64,000 bases of DNA from Lama glama (lineage: Eukaryota), in contig CM052817.1 of NCBI GenBank assembly GCA_028534125.1, positions 83,082,001-83,146,000 of the forward strand, in the 5' to 3' direction. Within the stretch, counting starts at the first letter, position 1, and each line of letters starts with the position of its first letter. Position numbers and translations under genes: made by a program. The notes under the pieces were generated by a model. That model was not told the origin of the DNA. It was given only the letters and a program-made list of their open reading frames with translations, and searched no databases. Below, piece after piece: positions 25,600 through 39,889 of this stretch.

Positions 25600-25790
25600 T
25601 ATTACGTAGAACTTTATAGTTCACAATACACTGTAAGGCAGATTATCTCATTTGATCCCATAAAAATCCATTTTATTATCTCAAGTCACAGATGGGAAAA
25701 ATAAAGTTCAGTGAGACTAAATGACTTGCCCTGGTCATTCAGTGGCCCTGCCAGGTCTCTGGTTCCTAGTCTATTACCCTTTGTTCTATC
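25600..25790 (-). mobile_element. MIR (MIR3/MIRc-like) fragment
   Basis: ATTATCTCATTTGATCC..ACAGATGGGAAAAAT..AAATGACTTGCCC. Confidence 0.7.
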
Positions 25791-26782
25791 TCCTGGAGGT
25801 TAACATTAATTTCATTAAGTCAATAACAGTTTCAACAAGGTGACTGATAATATTCAGTTGTTTCTGTGCAAGCCAGGTTTTCTTCATCTAAATATTATAT
25901 TCCTCCTGATCTCTCTTTGACAATAAATTATTAGAAGAACTCGAAGTCATAGTCAGGCTGTACATCAAAACCTACAGGCGGGGTGTGGGAGTCACAAAGT
26001 AGGTTCTGAGGATGGTGTGTGCTAGTCGCCTGATAGCATCAGAAAGAAGTGCTGGAGCTCTTATTAACGAACAGAAATTGACAGATGTTCTTACGGTTTG
26101 GATCTAAATTAGCACAAACTATGCCTGTGATGCCAAAATGAAATTACTATATCCTTTGTAGCATGATGTACAATGAAACACTTTCTAAATATTGTTAAGG
26201 AGCTAAAAATAATCATAAGTGACCAATGCTGTGACAGTGAAGCAGAGACTCAGTTTTAAGATAGATCAGATGTAAGTTATGGAGCTTGCCAGAGCATGAG
26301 AGAGTGTATTCTCTTCACTAATGTCAACAACTTATTTTTACGAGCAGTTATTCACGAGAGGGCCAGGCGCCATTAAAGTCAGTATAAAACTCCAGAAAGG
26401 GGCTTCTTCTCTGCCACATGCTATATTGCTCCTCAGGAATAGAGTGGTGATTTAAACAAACCCTTAAAACTCAATTTCAAAACAAATGCGTTTGAATTAA
26501 CATAATCTCTTATAGAAGACAGGAGTGTTCGTGATTACCTACCAGTACTTTAGAATAAGCTAAATTTCCTATCTTATTTCAACTGTTTATGTATCTGGAT
26601 CTGCACAGCCAATGTCAACTTGCTCTTGATAAAAATAGAGAAATTAGTCATTAAGAAAGTAGCTCAAAATTATGTTAATCAATAGCAGTATCAAAATCAA
26701 AGAAAAAGCTTTACCAGTCTATGCTACTATACAATGAAGCAAAGCTGTTCCTTAAATGTGCACATTTTAAAGAAGACAAGGT

Positions 26783-26838
26783 GAGAAAGAAGAAAGAAGG
26801 AGAGAGAAGGGAGGAAGGGAAGGAAGAAGGAAGAAAGG
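26783..26838. repeat. Pure polypurine (GA-rich) tract
   Basis: 56 consecutive A/G bases. Confidence 0.9.
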
Positions 26839-27533
26839 TATCTGAAACTATAACTTGATGAGCAACATTCTTTTTAATATTTACTGAACAATTATTCAAA
26901 GAATAAAAGTGAGCTTTTAGGGGAAATAACTACAGCTCTTCAACAACAAAACAATAGTAGACATCTGTAGACTGTTTCTTTACTAATAATGCAGCTTTTA
27001 TCACCAAATATGCTTAATCATTTCAAGAGTGAAACTCCTGAAATGTCATTTCAATTCATTCTTCGATTGCCATCTTGGCAGTCAGTGGAAAGAATTATGG
27101 GATTAAGTGGTCTGGATATATATAGAACAAGGGAGAAACATAATCTTTTCTTCAAATGCTAGACTGATGTAATGATTTTAATGACTTGCATAGTATTGTT
27201 CTTCGTTCTCAGGAATGGATTTTATTTCTGGAAACTGACTTGACTGATTAGGTTTCATCCAGTCTCTCTGGATTTTGCTGCTGAATACTATCATTTCTAT
27301 CACAGAAACAGCAGGATCCAAGCATCTGCCTCTTTATTGTAGCTTCCACAGAATTACTGTTGAATGTGTGAGCCAGTACGGTCTTGCTGAATGAAGTGCA
27401 CAACTCAAATCATAAAATTTTTCATACACCAGAGAACACTTTGGAGGCAACCCAAAGGTGATACACAGTTTCTATCCCGGTAAGCTATTTGCTACAGACC
27501 CCCATGAGACATAGAAGAAGTAAGCTTTAAGAG

Positions 27534-27705
27534 CAGTGTTTCTCAAAGTGAAGTCTGTGGACCAACTACCTCAGAATTATCTACAATAATGAATAAGAGA
27601 AGATTCTTGGGCACCTCTTTAGTTTACACAATCATAATTTCTAGAGGCAAATCCCAAGCATCTGCACAAGCTCACCTGGTGATCCTAAAATTTTAAAAGC
27701 CATTG
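27534..27705. mobile_element. hAT-Charlie MITE, MER5-like
   Basis: CAGTGTTTCTCAAAGTG ... TTTTAAAAGCCATTG termini; internal AGATTCTTGGGC and GGTGATCCT. Confidence 0.7.
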
Positions 27706-28704
27706 TTCTTGAATGTCAAAATGCCCTAAAAAAAGTCTTAATTAAAAAAAAATTATTCTAATTTTTTCTCACTGTTTTAAAGTCCTGAGACCTCTCAGTC
27801 TCCAATGACACTTCCCTGGAGAAGGCTCATGAAGCACTTTTCAGACTGGACCAGTCCTTTACTGTCATGTAACTCAGATAGGTAGGGAATAACAATGACG
27901 GAAAAGTGACCCAGTAAGTTGCTAAACATAAAACTTGAATGAAATAGGTTAATTCTTGTTGCATCAGGAGAAATCATGAGGTAGGGTTTTTAAAAAATAT
28001 GTTACAACATACAATATGAATTTAGCTTCAGTTTTCTTATTGATATTCTACCTCAAAGTAGATTACAGTGCTGCTGGCACAGTGTTGGGACGTACACATC
28101 TAGCACCAGGGTACAGGCATACAGCAGGAAAACGGCTGCCTTCTTTGCCTCATCCACACTTGCCACATACCCTGGAACTTATTAAAATTCTGTTGAAGTG
28201 GTCAGACTGTTCTTAGTGTGCTTGCTTTTTCCTGGGGGAATCCATTGACCTTTCAATAAGGAAGCATTCAGTTACTGAGCTATTCCTGGCTTAAAAATAA
28301 TTTGCAATCTCTGCCTTGTAAACACTTACAGATATACCACAGAAGTCCCTAGAGCTATTTTGAAAGTTGCCCAAATTTATCTCAAACATATTTTGCTCAT
28401 GTAAAATAAATATTGAAACCATTATTCCAGAGAAACTATTTTTCTAAACCAGTTGCTTTTCAAACTGAAAGTCAAAGGCATCACCATGGAGGGTGGAAAC
28501 GCAAAGGCCCGTGTCTGGCAAAATCACCAGTGCAGAATAGGGATTGAGGACACAGCTGCCTCCCTCATCTTCTCACCGCCATAGGCTTTGCTGCTCATCC
28601 TCACCTGTTCTTTATAAAAGGAGAAAAATGACTAAGTAGAATGGAGTTCTAATGCAGGCTTACTCTCGTAGGTTTTCCGCCTCCCTCCAATATTTCCTCT
28701 AGAG

Positions 28705-28925
28705 CTAGGGTTGAAAAGCTATGGCCCATGGGTTAACATATCCTTCAACCAGATTTTGTAAACAAACTTTTATTGAAACAGAGCCATGCTCACCTGTCTA
28801 CACAGAATCTCTGACTGTTTTCCCACTACAAAGTCAGAGGCACGTAGTTGCAAAGGGACCCCAGGCCCACAAAGCTAAACACATTTAGTATCTGGCCTTT
28901 TACAGATAAAGTTTGCCCACCACTG
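28705..28925. mobile_element. hAT-Charlie MITE, MER58A (opposite orientation to the 21167 copy)
   Basis: Ends AAAGTTTGCCCACCACTG; 8-bp TSD CTCTAGAG (28697-28704) / ATCTAGAG (28926-28933). Confidence 0.85.
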
Positions 28926-29324
28926 ATCTAGAGAATACTGACAGTTGCCTCAGTAGTGTTTATCATCAAACAGAGGTAGGTGGAAGCAGAGGTGGCAGGT
29001 ACCCGGCATGACAGAGGTGGAAACTTTGCAAAACTACTGATGCAGGAAAAATAGATGGCTTATCATCAAAAACAAACAATGTCTATTCTTAACAAAATAA
29101 TTTATTTTAAAGGTGAGGATTTAGCTGAACTGTTATTTTGAAAGGAGGTCCGGAATGACCAAGAGGAAAATCATGATTGTGGAAGCACTAAATCCCCAAA
29201 CCTTTCTCCCTTTGTTGCACCTGCTCCTTTTGCTATATGCTGGAGCTTGTTAAACGTGCAATTGCCCTCCTAATTTTTCCAGATAAATACAAACACTTGA
29301 TTATTTCTTCTTTCCCCCTCTACA

Positions 29325-30960
29325 TTATCTCATTCATTCGCTCACCCGACAATTATTTAATGAGTACTCGTTATGTGTCAAGCCCTGTGCTAGGCACTTG
29401 GTATACAATGATCATCAAATGGACATGGGTGAGCTTTCCAGAAAAGTTTGCCAGGTATAAATTTTGAACTAGATGGCCTTAATTTTGAACTTACAAATAA
29501 AAGAGAAAAAAATCAAACCTATAAATGTCTTTTTTCCCCAGATCAAGTATATTATTATGTTATGATACACAATGAGTCAATGTAACTTAGTGGAAAATAT
29601 CAGCTTATAATATAATAATATAAATTACTGCCACTAAATTTTACGTATCATGATTTTTTAAAATTATAGTCTAAATCATATTGTTAGCATTTTTGTTAAA
29701 AACTTTGGTAAATCTACTCACAGAGCCTAATGAAGGGGAGACTCAGACAAGTAAACCTCTAAGTACAATAGAGTATAATGAGTTCTAGGAGACAGGAAAT
29801 GTAGAACATTAGGGAAGCAACATGGTAGGGAGGTGGGGGAGAGGTGCTGCCTGATGGAGGTGGGAGGAAATTTTTTACAAGAGGATATAAAGCAGGAATG
29901 AAGAGACAAGAGGATAACAATCTTACATGGTCATGCTGGCCATGTAAAGAAAATGGTTGCTTTTTGTTTCTTTGTGTTTTAATTGAGATAAGTGGGAAGC
30001 AGTTAGAAGTCTTACATAAGGAGGAACATGATCATATTTTTCTTTATAAAGACTACTCCGGCTGCACTGTAGAAAATGACTTTAGAAGAACAAAGACTGA
30101 TACCACTAAAATCTCCTGGGAAGATGGTATAGAAATTCAAGGAAGGGATAATGAAAGCTGATCTGTGGTGACGTTAGTGGAGATGAAATGATACAGAGAG
30201 ATTCAAACAGCATTAAAACCAACAGAAAATGGTAATTTATCAGACTTGGGAGTTGAGGAAAAGAAAAGAAGCAATCAAGAATAACTTCAAGTATTTTGCC
30301 TTGGGCAAGTGCCTGGGCTGTGGTAGCATTTGCTACGATTGAGACCACAAGATGGTGAGTTCAGTCTGGGACATCTGGGACATTGAGTATCCAGTCCCTG
30401 AGGAACATCCAAATGACTTACAGAACATGTAGTTGGGCAGGTTACACCTGAGGCCCAGGAGACTGGAAATGAGGATGAGTCATCAGTCTACCAATAGTAG
30501 CTGAGAGAACTGGAATGGATGAGATTACCCAGGCTGCATATTTAGAGTGAAGGAGGAAGGACCCTGAACAGTATCCACCAGACAGAGCACAAGGATTCTG
30601 CACAAAAAGTAAGAAGGTGTGGCGAGGTAGTTGGGAGAAACATATGGTGAGTTATGAATCACAGGAGTCAAAATAAAGTGTTTTATGAAGCAAAGAATGA
30701 TTGATTGTATCATATGTCATATATTTCTGGGAAAAAAGTTATGATAAGTTATGATAATCTAAAATAGGTTCATTAGACGTACTATCATTGCCAATTACGA
30801 TGACAGCAGGTAGGAAAGGGGCAGAAGCCATTTTACAGAAGGTTGGGAAGCCAATGAAGAAATTAAGTGGAGCAACAAGTTTAGATATTGCTTTTCATAT
30901 GTTTAGCTATGAAGGAGAAGAAAGAGATAAGAGAGTAAGTAGCTAGAGAGAAACATCAGG
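29325..30960 (-). mobile_element. L2 3' region, interrupted by a ~275 bp insert
   Basis: CATTCATTC..TATTTAATGAGTAC..TATGTGTCAAGCCCTGTGCTAGGCACT L2 tail, followed by purine-rich antisense L2 body (GACTACTCCGGCTGCACTGTAGAAAATGA, GGATGAGATTACCCAGG). Confidence 0.8.
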
Positions 30961-30999
30961 AGGAAGGGATGACAAGGACAGGGCATAAACCAGGCCTCT

Positions 31000-32915
31000 G
31001 AGAGCTACCGATATTTTATTTCTTAGCCTGGTGATTGCTCACATGGTTGGCTGTATTTCAAATAATTAGGCTGAACTTTATGTTTTGTGCACTTTTTGTT
31101 TGTTTATAACATGTATATTTTATAAAATATCCATGAAGATATTCTTAAGCCACAAAAGAAAAATAAAAGAGTAAATCTAACAAAAAGTCTGCAAACCATG
31201 TGTGAAGAAAACTATAAATCCTCACTGAAAGATATTTTTTTAAATCCGCTCTATTTGGAATGGTATATTATGTTTTTCGATAGGCATACCAACAGTCGTT
31301 AAGATGCAAATTCTCCCAAATTGAGCTATAGATTAAATGCAATTCTAGTCAAAATCCAAATAGGGCTTTTTAATGAAGTATGACAAGCTAATTCTAAAAT
31401 CCATATAGCATTATAAAGGCTTAGAAACAACAAAAACATGCCTGAAAAATAAAAAGGTGAGAGTGACTTGCCTGCCTGGATAAATACTGAGACTTACTAT
31501 AATATATCATAAATACAACAAATGTAAGGTATAAAGATAAACAATATGAGTAGTATATAGAGAGAGACCAGAAATAAATCCACGCAAATATAAATGACTT
31601 CCGAGTTGACATTACAGATTGGTGGGGAAAGGATTATTCAATAAAGGATTATTCAATAAAGATACTAGGAGAGTTGTTAATCATTTGGAAAAAAAGAAGA
31701 AAAAGACAAGATCCCTACCTCACACTCTAAACAAATTTTAAATTCCAGATATATTAAGTACTATATTTTTATAAAATAAAGATCTATAAATCTTTACTTT
31801 GACAATTAGGGTAGTATACTAATAAGCCTGGGTAGGAAAAGATTCATTAATAAAATACAAAAGATACAATCTTAAAGAAAACAATAAATTCAGCTACATT
31901 AAAATGAATAACTTCTGTTTCTCAAAATACACCATGAAAAGAATAAATAGACAAGCAGTTGCCTGGGGGAAAAAAAAACATTTGCAGCATCTGTAAGTAA
32001 GAATTAGTATTCAGGATATGTAAAAATTCTTATTAATCATAAAGAAAAAGACAAATAACCCAAATAAAAATTGTAACAGACATGAATAGCAATTTTCAAA
32101 AGAGGAAACAAATGGATCATAAACATGAAAATGTGCTTGTCCTTGTTAGTAATCAGGAAATATAATTTAAAACCACAACAAGGTAGAATTTCATGTAAAA
32201 ATTTTAAAGTGAGTCAATGTCAATTTTAACAAAACTGTGGAACAGGAGGACTCATCTACCTGGCCACTGCTGGTGTGTGTGTAACTGGTGTACAAACACT
32301 TTGGAACATATCTGGCATTTAAAGTTGAGCCTATGATTATGCAGAAACCCCTACGAGAAAATTCTACTGCTAAGAGAAAATCTTACATCTATGTACGAAG
32401 AGACTTATATAAGAACACGCATAGCAGCGTTGTTCCTGACAATGATCACAAATGTTTACCAAAACAAATGCTCGACACGTCTGTTAAGCTATTGTTGTTA
32501 TGTGGTTATATGAGCTATGTGGAATGGAGAAATAAATTATTACATTCATATACTGAAATTCTCTTCAGCAATGAAAATGAATGATACAGTACTATGCATG
32601 GCAACAAAAGTGAATCTCAAACAATGTTGAGCAAAAGACATAAGGTATGGAATACACGCACCATACATTACAATTTCATTTTCATAAAGTTCAACACCAG
32701 TAAACTAAACATACTGTTAGGGTGTACACATGTGGTCAGACACAAAATACAGAAAGGGAAAGTAATGTGATCTGGGAAGGGTAACACTGGCTTATGTTGT
32801 ATTTCTTAAGCTGGAGGATTGGTACATAGGTGCTACTTTTACTTTTATGATTTCCAGTACATTTGAATTTATATAGTCTTTTGTATGATGTATTGCCTGA
32901 ATATATTCAAAAAAT
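31000..32915 (+). mobile_element. Old L1ME ORF2/3' region
   Basis: AAGATGCAAATTCTCCCAAATTGAGCTATAGATTAAATGCAATTC..GACAAGCTAATTCTAAAATCCATA..GTACAAACACTTTGGAA..; short extra 3' piece at ~31000-31130. Confidence 0.8.
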
Positions 32916-34114
32916 ATCATATGCCTTAAAAGATACGGAATCTTTGATGAGAAAAAAAAAATTAACCAATGAATTTTATCTGCCCCTTTGACAATTTAGA
33001 GATTGATTTTTTTAATCCCTCAACTTTAGACAGCGTAAGTAGTACTGAGCTAGGAAAACAATAAAATAGTCTAACAAAAATAGTCATGAGGGAAATAAAT
33101 TACTAAAAAAAAACCCTCTAAACAGGTTAAAGTAAGGGGAACAGAGTAGGATTTGAAAATACTGAACAGAGTGTTAAAGAAAATTAGCACACTGTTTTCA
33201 GCATGTTTCTGTGTTTCTAAGTCACCTACAAGAATGTAACAAATTAAAGATTCAAAAACCACAGATAAAGATAAAATGGCTATTAGTATAAGAAAAAAAA
33301 ACAGAGGAAAATTACTAGCTTCACTTTGTAAGTATTCATGAAGGAAAAAGTTTACCCTGTTTTCATAAGTTGTTATTAGTGTAAAAAAATAAGCAAACAA
33401 AAGAATTTCTCAACATGAATATACTTTAAAATTTGCTCATCTCCTTACTAATATCATGTAACAAACACAAAGAGATGTGCCAGAAAAAAAGAGAACTTAC
33501 TCTGAGGCTGTGTACAATAAGCAACCCGCAGAAGAGCCAAAATCACAGAGGGTATAGTGTTATACTTAGGTGGTATTTATATATTTTATTCAGAGGAGGT
33601 AGCTGAACACTTGAAGGAATTAGAAATGAGTTCCCTACTTTGAACCTAGTCCAAGTGGTGAATGAGTCATGATCAAATATTTTCACAACCTACTAGACAT
33701 TCAGTGATCTTTGAGACTTGAGCTGATGGTCTTCCATCATTCTTTGGTGGGCAGGTGTCACCACCACTAATTAGGCTTTTGCTTAAAATCGGCTGGGGGT
33801 CAGGGGGTAGGCAGAAAGCAAGGAGGTCTGGAGACTGAACAGCCTGTTCATGGCCTGTGGTGGTCCTGCCCAGGGTGGCACAAAGGCTCCTGGCCAAGGC
33901 CAGCTGGTAAATGTAGTATGTCTGGTAAAATAAAGAAGGAATTTCACCTTGTAGAGCTGTCAGTCTGGCTCCTCTCCCAGCATTCGGTTGGCAGGACTAA
34001 ATTTCAAAAATGTAGGTGCTTTGATGAATAGGTCTTTATCTGAAACAGCCGTTTTGAAAATCTCAGTTCTATAAACTTTATAACTGACATCTCACATGAT
34101 ATATTGTGATGCAT

Positions 34115-34324
34115 TTGAGATTGCAGATACTAAGTACTATATGTAAAATAAACAAGTTTCTTCTGTATAGCACAGGTAACTACATTCAATGTCTTATAGC
34201 AACCTATAATGAAAAAGAATATGGAAATGAATATATGTGTGTACATATATGACTGAAACATTATGCTGTACACCAGAAATTGACACATCCTTATAAACTG
34301 ACTATACTTCAGTAAAAAAAAAAA
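34115..34324 (+). mobile_element. Young camelid/cetartiodactyl L1 3' end with poly(A)
   Basis: AAACAAGTTTCTTCTGTATAGCACAGG..ATGACTGAAACATTATGCTGTACACCAGAAATTGACACA..AACTGACTATACTTCAGT followed by an A run. Confidence 0.85.
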
Positions 34325-37300
34325 CTATTAGCCACAGAGCAGAAGAATCTTAGAATGGATAGAAAAGCAGGTAAATGTGCTCCATATATTGCTGGATTAT
34401 ATAACTGATGTAGTCCTTGAAATAGGCCAGAAAATAACACTGTCAAAATAATAATAGTCTCCAATTATACAGAAGTGTACAGTTTATCAAATGGTTTCAT
34501 ATATCACAAGATGTGGGAAGTTTTAATTTTAGAAGCAAAAAATTTGCCTAGGTTCACACAGGACTATAGGACTGAGTTAGGACATACTCTGAACATAAGC
34601 TAAAGTACAGTGTTAGATCTACTAGCACACAAATGCCTAAAAGGAAGAACAAGAACAGTGACAGCAGCTGCCATTTTTAGTGAGCACCTACGAAGTGTGA
34701 AACTTTGTGCTATGTTCTTTGTACTTCCGCATCTAAATTTAAAATATTTAGTCATATTTAAATGCATAGCAAGAGCTGTCTATGTTGAATCCTTTGATTA
34801 CAACAAAGATTATCAGTCTTATAAGTGTAAATATCCATGTTTTGCTTACTTTAGCTGGAACATAGCTGTATCATATACATATATGTATATATACACATAC
34901 ATAAACTTTTATATATATGAAAAAGCAAGTCAATATGTTTTATATATATAACAGTTTATAATATTTCATATACATTCATCTATTTTATATATAATTATAT
35001 ACATGAAATTAGCTACAAGGACAATATTACAGATTATAGATTGATCATTGTAACTTAAAAGAAATTCTTGCAAGATAAATATTTAAAACTAAAATTATTC
35101 TTGGTCAGTATTTTTATTTTATTCTTTACCCTTAGCATCAGAAAAAAATAGTTTGGTTTAAGTGAAAGTAGCCAGTGTCCTATCTAAACTAAAAGTGCTA
35201 TCTGCACACCTGCTGTTACGTCATTTAGTGAAAATCATCACAGTTACCCTAAAGGGTTCTACTTAAAAGGTATTTATTGCAAGTCGCTGTGTTCAGAAAG
35301 AAGGAGATATGTAAAAGTCAGATCAGACAGTATCTATCTTTAAGGACTTTATACCCTAATAAGAAGAATAAGAAGCACACAAGTAGAAGATGAGAATTGA
35401 CCAAAATCAAATTTTTGATTTCTTTGAGTTCTTCTAAATAGAAAATGGAGTATATTTTACATTAACATAAAATATATTAAAATTACCATTTCCGCAATAG
35501 TAATCCTCTAAATTGTCTAGTTGTCTTTAAAGAGTCAACCCCAAACCAAATTGGAGTGTCTCGAAATGGCATTATTTAGTCACAAAGCTGATCCATAGGA
35601 ATTAAGAGGAATGGCCAGGAGGTGTCTCTTCATTCTCATTGACTTATTTTAGCACAATTAATTGTATAGGTCCTTGTCACTGGCAGAAATTTTTCATTCT
35701 GGTATTTTTCATTGAATACATAAGCATTCAAATATGCACTGAAAGGCAGAGTTAATAAACTAAAGTCCCTAGCGTCATGTACAATATTTTTAAGAAGGAG
35801 ACTCTCAAAATCATTGGTCCACATAAATATTCTTCTTCCTCATTCCCCATCCCACCCAACTCCATCTCTCCTGACAACACACAAACACACACACACATAC
35901 ATCCTTCACATGTGAATCAGTAATTCTGATACACAAAAACCTGGTTGCACATCCAGTACTTTTAAGTTCACTTTCAGTTTAACCTAAACCAGAGCACTGT
36001 TACTGATAAAATACACCTCGTGGCAATGTAGTATGAATCCTTTAATACAGCCCCATATGCTAAAGAAGCAGAGAAAATAACATGATACAGATTTCTGAAT
36101 CTCCTTTTAGCTCAGAAACCTTATCATGCAATAATTAGCGACACAGTAAAAATCCAAATAAAGAGACCATTTGCTGTATAGATCTATAAACTGGATATTG
36201 CTGCTACAGATGCCAAAACACAGAAAGATTAGCTCTCAGCTCCGTCCCCGCTGAGGAAGTTCCCTGAAGGATGAAAGAGCCCTGGAACAAAGTGAGATGC
36301 TTTAGCTGATCAAGCCCTATTTGGTCACTTTCATCTTTGCGATGCATGGAAAGGAGCGCCTTTCCTGCCAGCTCTTGGCACTGTGACTACGGAGAGACAT
36401 AAAGGGAGGCAAGGCAAGGCCAGCACAACAGGGGAAGTGGTTAAAGGCAGCAGCCCATTCCAAAGAAACAACAGTGCTGGCAGGAGATGTTAACAACGAA
36501 GATGCTTGTGCCTCCGTGGTAAATAGAATGGCAATGGCCTAATAATAAACCTGAAAGACACAAGTGAGGATGGCTGCATGCAAAGTGGGGGAAAACCTTC
36601 CAATTACTGCTTTAGACAGCCCTATTAATCCTTAGGAGCACTCCCGACAAAAAGTCCATTCAATTTTCCCTCAATGTGTTCTGTCTAATAGGAGCGGTAT
36701 TATGTCTGACACTGAGGGTAATTACCTCATGAGAATTTCACATACAGAGAAGTAAGTCTTTAATTTTCTGCAGGTGTCTTGGACACATTCTGCATAATTC
36801 TTTGCCCCCAAATTAGGTGCACATTCCTCTTCTGCAGAGCTGCTTTCAGATTGGGATGGTTTGCATTTGACGACTAATAGTCATTTATCTTAGCCATTAT
36901 GGAAAGCAGCACATGGTATGTCCTCCCTTCATCACATCTCAAGTGTCATCAATATCCTCCACAAAACTGAAAAGTGTGTGTGTGTATATGGAATATGTGT
37001 GCATATACATATACATGTAAATCCTGTTACAGCACTCCTCTGGGTCACAGCCATTAGCCGCAGATAAGTGGTTATGAGCCTTCCTATACACACGAGTTAT
37101 GAGAGTTCCAACAAGACCATAACCCTGCAGGGAGGCACTTAACTGTTTACTCCTGCCAGTCTGTGAAACTAGGAAACAATTGAAATGGAAAAGAAAAGAA
37201 GATAAATGGAAAAAACAGTATTTAAGGCTGCTTTGTTTCCTGGAATAATTACACACGTAGCATGTCTTTTTTATTTATTCTAAAGTAGACTCTTCAGTCA

Positions 37301-39889
37301 AACATAAATGGATTACATTTTTTTGCTGAATTACACAAAGCTTTTTTATTATTTTAGCATCACCTGACAGTAGAGATATGACAAAGGAAATGTTTAATAT
37401 AACAGCTTGGTGAAATAAGCATCAGAGAGAAACAAAACTTAAAAAAAAAATGTTTCCCAATGGTGGAGCAGTCAAGTGTACAGAAATAGGGTAATGTGGC
37501 TAACCACTCCACTTAATGGAGAAATGATTAAACATTTCTTGGAGTTGATGACTTTACGACTACTGAAGACAGTCTTACGTAGTACCAGAACAAAGATTTT
37601 TATTTTTTGTGAGTAAACTACATGAATACGACCATGCCATCTGGTGTAATACATGTTCTTTATGATTCTGTGTTTTCTTTAAAATCCCCATAATTAACTA
37701 GGTAAAAACGGCACTTAAGACATCACAGTATGGTTCATGGAAACCAAGGTGGCTGGATCCTTTTATTTCTAATCTACTTCTACCTCTAAAATGCAATGAT
37801 TGCGTATTTCAGAAGCCACCCCTGCATAGGGCAATCAGACTGTTGTCCACAGTGCCCCTTCCACCAGCACTGTTTGCTGTTCTGGAGGCTTACAAATAGC
37901 CCAAACTAACTGCTGAGCTGTCTTTCTTCTCCAACACTGTGGAACATTTTGATTGTGGGAGTCCCAGAAAACCTGACAGAGTCTAATAAGAACATTTCTC
38001 TTACAATTAAACTGAGGTAAATTTAAAAATCTCCCATACAGCAAGTTACGTTTAATTCTCATTTTGAAAGTAGGATGTAAAACTTTTAATAAATTATTCC
38101 TTGGAAGAGTTGTCCTTTTTTCAAAAGCCCAAGGCATCCTTTCAGAAAGAGAAGACTAAGGATATGCCCATGTTCTTCTCCCCCTGCTCTCACCCTGAAA
38201 ACCCCAGGACAGGCAGCCATCCGTGCTTCTGGTCAGTGCAAAGACATGCTGTCCGTGGCTCCCATTATGTCCCAGTTTGCTCAGGCAGTCCGAAACATCA
38301 ATCAAGCCTTCAAGTCTTAAACTTACTGGCATTCTTTACAACTTTTCCAAAAGTCTCCTGAGGCTGAACAGACTGAAAACTGAACGGGAAACATCCTCAA
38401 TGAAATATGTACAATACATACTTCAGCTAACTCAGAACTTAATAAGAAGTATAGACTTGCTGTGGCCCAGTTTACCCTGGAGGCTCCTATTTCTTGACGT
38501 AAAATGTCACAGGCAAAGGTGAAGAAGCTACCAGTTATCTACTGTACCTCTTTGCTTCGAGGAAGATACCACTAAGGCACTATACTTCTCTTTTAGAGCA
38601 AGTACTTAAGGAAAACCCTGGCTATCAGCGTATTTACAGCAAGTGGTTCTTTATGAAACCTTTATGTATAAGTTCCAAATTTCTCTCTATGAACTTGTTA
38701 TGGCCATCAAATATTATACTGTCATACAATTCTCCTGTATATTCTTAAGGAGACATTGATTGCCACATTAGATCACGTGAGAAAGCATTATCTATGTTGT
38801 ACCAAAACCTGAAAGATAATTCAACATACTCAAAGTAGAGTAACTTTCACTAATACCCATAATGCTCACAATTTATGTATAAGAGGTTTTTCCAAATATC
38901 CAACCCTTTGCAATTCAGAACAGATTCAGAAAAAAAATTAGTTCTTACTCAGGAATTAGTTCCAAACTAATACAGATGATGAACCAAAAAAGTATACATG
39001 GGAAATAAAATGTGAAACAGATGGCAGAAGCCCAATGTAAGGAATTATACATGTATAGATGATCCAGCCAGAGAAAGCTATTCTGGTAGAAACACTGGGT
39101 CCATTCAAGAGATGTTCAAGAAGAAGGATGAAGTGAAACAGTCTGACCATCATGGTGCAAAAAAAAAAATTTTACAGTATATTTTTGTGATGTAATTCAT
39201 ATAAAGGTATTCTGGTCCCTAGCAAGAAATGAAAACAGAACATGCATTATTCATCCTGATTTGCATGCAGTAATTCCCATAAAAATGAACCAAGTGGGAC
39301 ATGCATACAAAGGCTATGTGGACTCCGATGTGTACCAAGAAAAAGCTTCATGGTAGAGCCATAACGTTCAATCGTTCACAACAACAGTATGAAAGGATGA
39401 AGGTTCAGAGTGTGTATGTGTGCTGAGTGTACAGGAGGATGTACTTATTAACACCCAGATTATTTTTCTAAGTCTGAAATGATTTATTTCTAGTGTCTCT
39501 GAGGTCTAATGCATTCTGAAAATTGCTGTCAATCTTATTTTTTACTTCAGTCTTCCTTTGTGACAGCTGTGTACGCTTTGTGAAATACATTTCATAAGCA
39601 CTTAAAACAATAACATGCATTAGGATATCAAAATTGAAATAAAGAAATCTGAACAGTTCACAAAAAGCAGATTTAAGGGCTAACAGAGATAGATTTATGC
39701 AACACACTAGTGACACTTCCGTTTCTCATTTTCATCAGTGTAGTACAATGATGACTTTCACAAAGTACATGGCGACTGTCAGCTTCAGCCACACATTTTA
39801 AAAATATTAAGACAAAATGTTCTCCTTCCCAGCCTTTTGTTACATTTTGATTTTGTATTAAAAACCATATGAAGATGAAAGGATTGGAG

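Noticed and set aside
27760..27885. Plus-strand exon-like segment (AG at ~27782, GTAGGG at ~27882); similar plus-strand acceptors at ~51544 and ~58256
   Set aside because: Weak donors, unrecognisable peptides, and opposite to the inferred transcription direction; likely pseudo-splice sites.
33740..33930. Short GC-rich patch resembling a MER91/hAT-Tip100 relic
   Set aside because: Similarity too short to assign by eye.
36900..36925. AGCAGCACATGG resembling a miR-15/16 family seed
   Set aside because: Does not match a mature miR-15/16/195/497 sequence and I see no complementary hairpin arm.
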